Under the pieces are notes generated by a model, which did no database searches, was not told where the DNA came from, and saw nothing but the letters and a program-made list of their open reading frames with translations. Below, one piece after another: positions 61,969-64,000 of a stretch of DNA of 64,000 nucleotides. The translations under genes were made by a program, and so were the position numbers. The stretch lies in assembly GCA_022605425.2 (NCBI GenBank), contig CM061247.1, forward strand, positions 248,001 to 312,000, read 5' to 3'. The DNA comes from Hamiltosporidium tvaerminnensis FI-OER-3-3. Taxonomy: Eukaryota > Fungi > Microsporidia. The first letter of the stretch is position 1; every line of letters starts with the position of its first letter.

Positions 61969-62496
61969 TATTTTAGAACTTTTTAAGTTTCAATTGGTAT
62001 AAGAAATATCTTAATTGTAAATAAATATGTTTAATACAATATTTAATTATTAAAATTCTATTTAAAGTTGTAAAATTTTTGTAAAATCAACTTTTATATT
62101 CAAATAGAAAATTTTATACCTGGTTTGACTGGAAAATAAGATTTAATAATAATTGGGAAAATTAAAAGCTTGCAAATATTATTTATATGAATTAAAACAA
62201 ACCTAATTTTTAAAAAATATGGACTTAGTAATTAAAGAAAGGAAATTTTCAAAAAATATTTTAAAAGCTCAAATGAATTTACTAGAAAACAGAAATTTAA
62301 AAATATGTTTTGAAGTATAAATAATCTCTTTATAAATATTTTTGTTTATACTGATAATTTAAAACATATATCTGTATTTTTAGAAATTAGAAGCTCTAGT
62401 ATTTTAATAAATCACATTCAACAAATTTATGAGAAATAAAGAAAAAAAATAATCAAGATTACTTCGTTGAAAATTCCATAAAAAACAACAATGATT

Positions 62497-63120
62497 TTAT
62501 TCAACGTATCTCGCGAGAATCTTTTCGAAATCAGGAGGAAATTCATGTTCTCCATCAAATTTTATAAATTTCACATTTACTTTTAAACATTTCAATGCCA
62601 TATAAGACATCCATCCTGCAATAAATGGAACCACTGTATCTTTTTTTCCATGAGTCAATAAAATATTTTGTCGGTGCGTATTCCTGTGTTTGACTCGTGG
62701 CAAATATCCGCTCATTGCTATTATTACTCTAAATTTGTAATTACAATTTAAAGCAATATATAGAGACATAGTAGCACCTTGTGAATACCCACATAGTATC
62801 ACTTTCTCAGAATCAAATTTATAATACTCAATAAGTTTTAATATTTTATCCATGGACTCGTCCAAACCTTGCGTATCTTCTTTAGCGAATATACTTCTAT
62901 TTCTAATATTAAACCAACTATTTACCGATTTATTGTCATACAAACCAACTTTTAATGGAAAAGCTGTTGGAATTATTATCATTACGTTTTTATGTGATTC
63001 AGAAAATTTAATAAATCTATTCGACATATCTTTACCATTGCTGTTTATTCCGTGTAAAAATATCATTAAATAGTCTGTGGCCATAGAATTTAGAATAATC
63101 AAAGAATCAAATATTTTCAT
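62497..63120 (-). CDS. Acyl-protein thioesterase / phospholipase-carboxylesterase (APT1-like)
   Basis: IFLHG, SWFNI, GYSQG nucleophile, HGKKDTVVP and a C-terminal catalytic His (GEHE). Confidence 0.9.
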   Translation of the reverse strand: MKIFDSLIILNSMATDYLMIFLHGINSNGKDMSNRFIKFSESHKNVMIIIPTAFPLKVGLYDNKSVNSWFNIRNRSIFAKEDTQGLDESMDKILKLIEYYKFDSEKVILCGYSQGATMSLYIALNCNYKFRVIIAMSGYLPRVKHRNTHRQNILLTHGKKDTVVPFIAGWMSYMALKCLKVNVKFIKFDGEHEFPPDFEKILARYVE

Positions 63121-64000
63121 AATTATGGATACAAAAAATTAATTACTTAATTTACTCAAAAAAATAAAATTTATAATCTTTTTTGTTAAATTGTAAAATT
63201 GTTGGTACTGAAAACAACAAATTGTATTTGAAAAAAGACCAAGAATATTAAAACCTAGTTTATTCATTTTCCCCAAAATAAATTGTTATTTCTAATAAAA
63301 TAGTAATAATTAACTAACTATCTATTCGGCGCTACAAGCCTGAACAAGATAGACCTTTTAACGATCCTTCGGAATTAATCAAGCATCATAAAACCTTTTT
63401 ATTAAAACAAAATCTTTATATAGAATATCTTATGGTCTAAATACATTCCATTGCCATTTGACTATGAAGCGTCTTAAAATGCTAATAAACTCTTACAGAA
63501 TTTCACTTAATCTTTTAACTTAAACGATATTAAACAAAAGATAAAATATAATCAACGAAGATACAGAGGAGTCTTTTTAGAACTATAAGGCCTTGAAAAC
63601 TTCTAATGTTATAAGACAGCTTTCATACAATTTTAAAACTATTTTTATCTACTATACTCTAGAAAAAGAAATTTGACTAGTGAAGAATATTTTAATGAAT
63701 CTTATTTACTTAAATGGCAATCTTAGCGAATAATTAAATTTAAAGAGTGGAAAGCCCGAATAAAACCTTTGATATGCTCTATGGTTTTTTTGTTGAATTA
63801 TGAGCCTTATAAAGAAACGAATCCTTTTAGTATAAACCAATCTCACATTGATTTTATCGTTAATGATATTTCATCTTTCACGGAAGCATTTAAAAATCAA
63901 ACAAATATCTCAAGTTCTCTTAAAATCAAATATAGAGTAATTCTAGAGTTATTGCAAATATATTAAAAAAATATATTTTACGAAGTAAAGTGGTTTACTA

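Overview
A very AT-rich, gene-sparse eukaryotic window, most likely from a large-genome microsporidian (Hamiltosporidium-like). This assignment is inferred from CCC motifs just upstream of ATGs, 21-24 nt GTAAGT...AG introns, an intron directly after the ATG of RPL39, and divergent housekeeping genes. Core genes are HMG-CoA synthase, cofactor-independent phosphoglycerate mutase, ESF1, NOC3, RPL39, BET3, an MSH4-like MutS, a histone-fold protein, an Sds3-like protein, an APT1-like thioesterase and a divergent kinase. Accessory content includes three paralogous signal-peptide LRR-like genes, a secreted KR-delimited repeat protein and a two-intron membrane protein. Mobile elements include decayed R4/Dong-like retrotransposons, a Merlin transposon, a DD39D mariner and two RTE-derived SINE-like elements. 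The most striking feature is a ~730-bp non-coding element present in 7 near-full copies plus a relic. It has a fixed 5' end, an AATAAA 3' end, 11-14 bp target-site duplications in three copies, and nested long-range helices, so it looks like a retroposed large structured RNA that I cannot assign to a known family.
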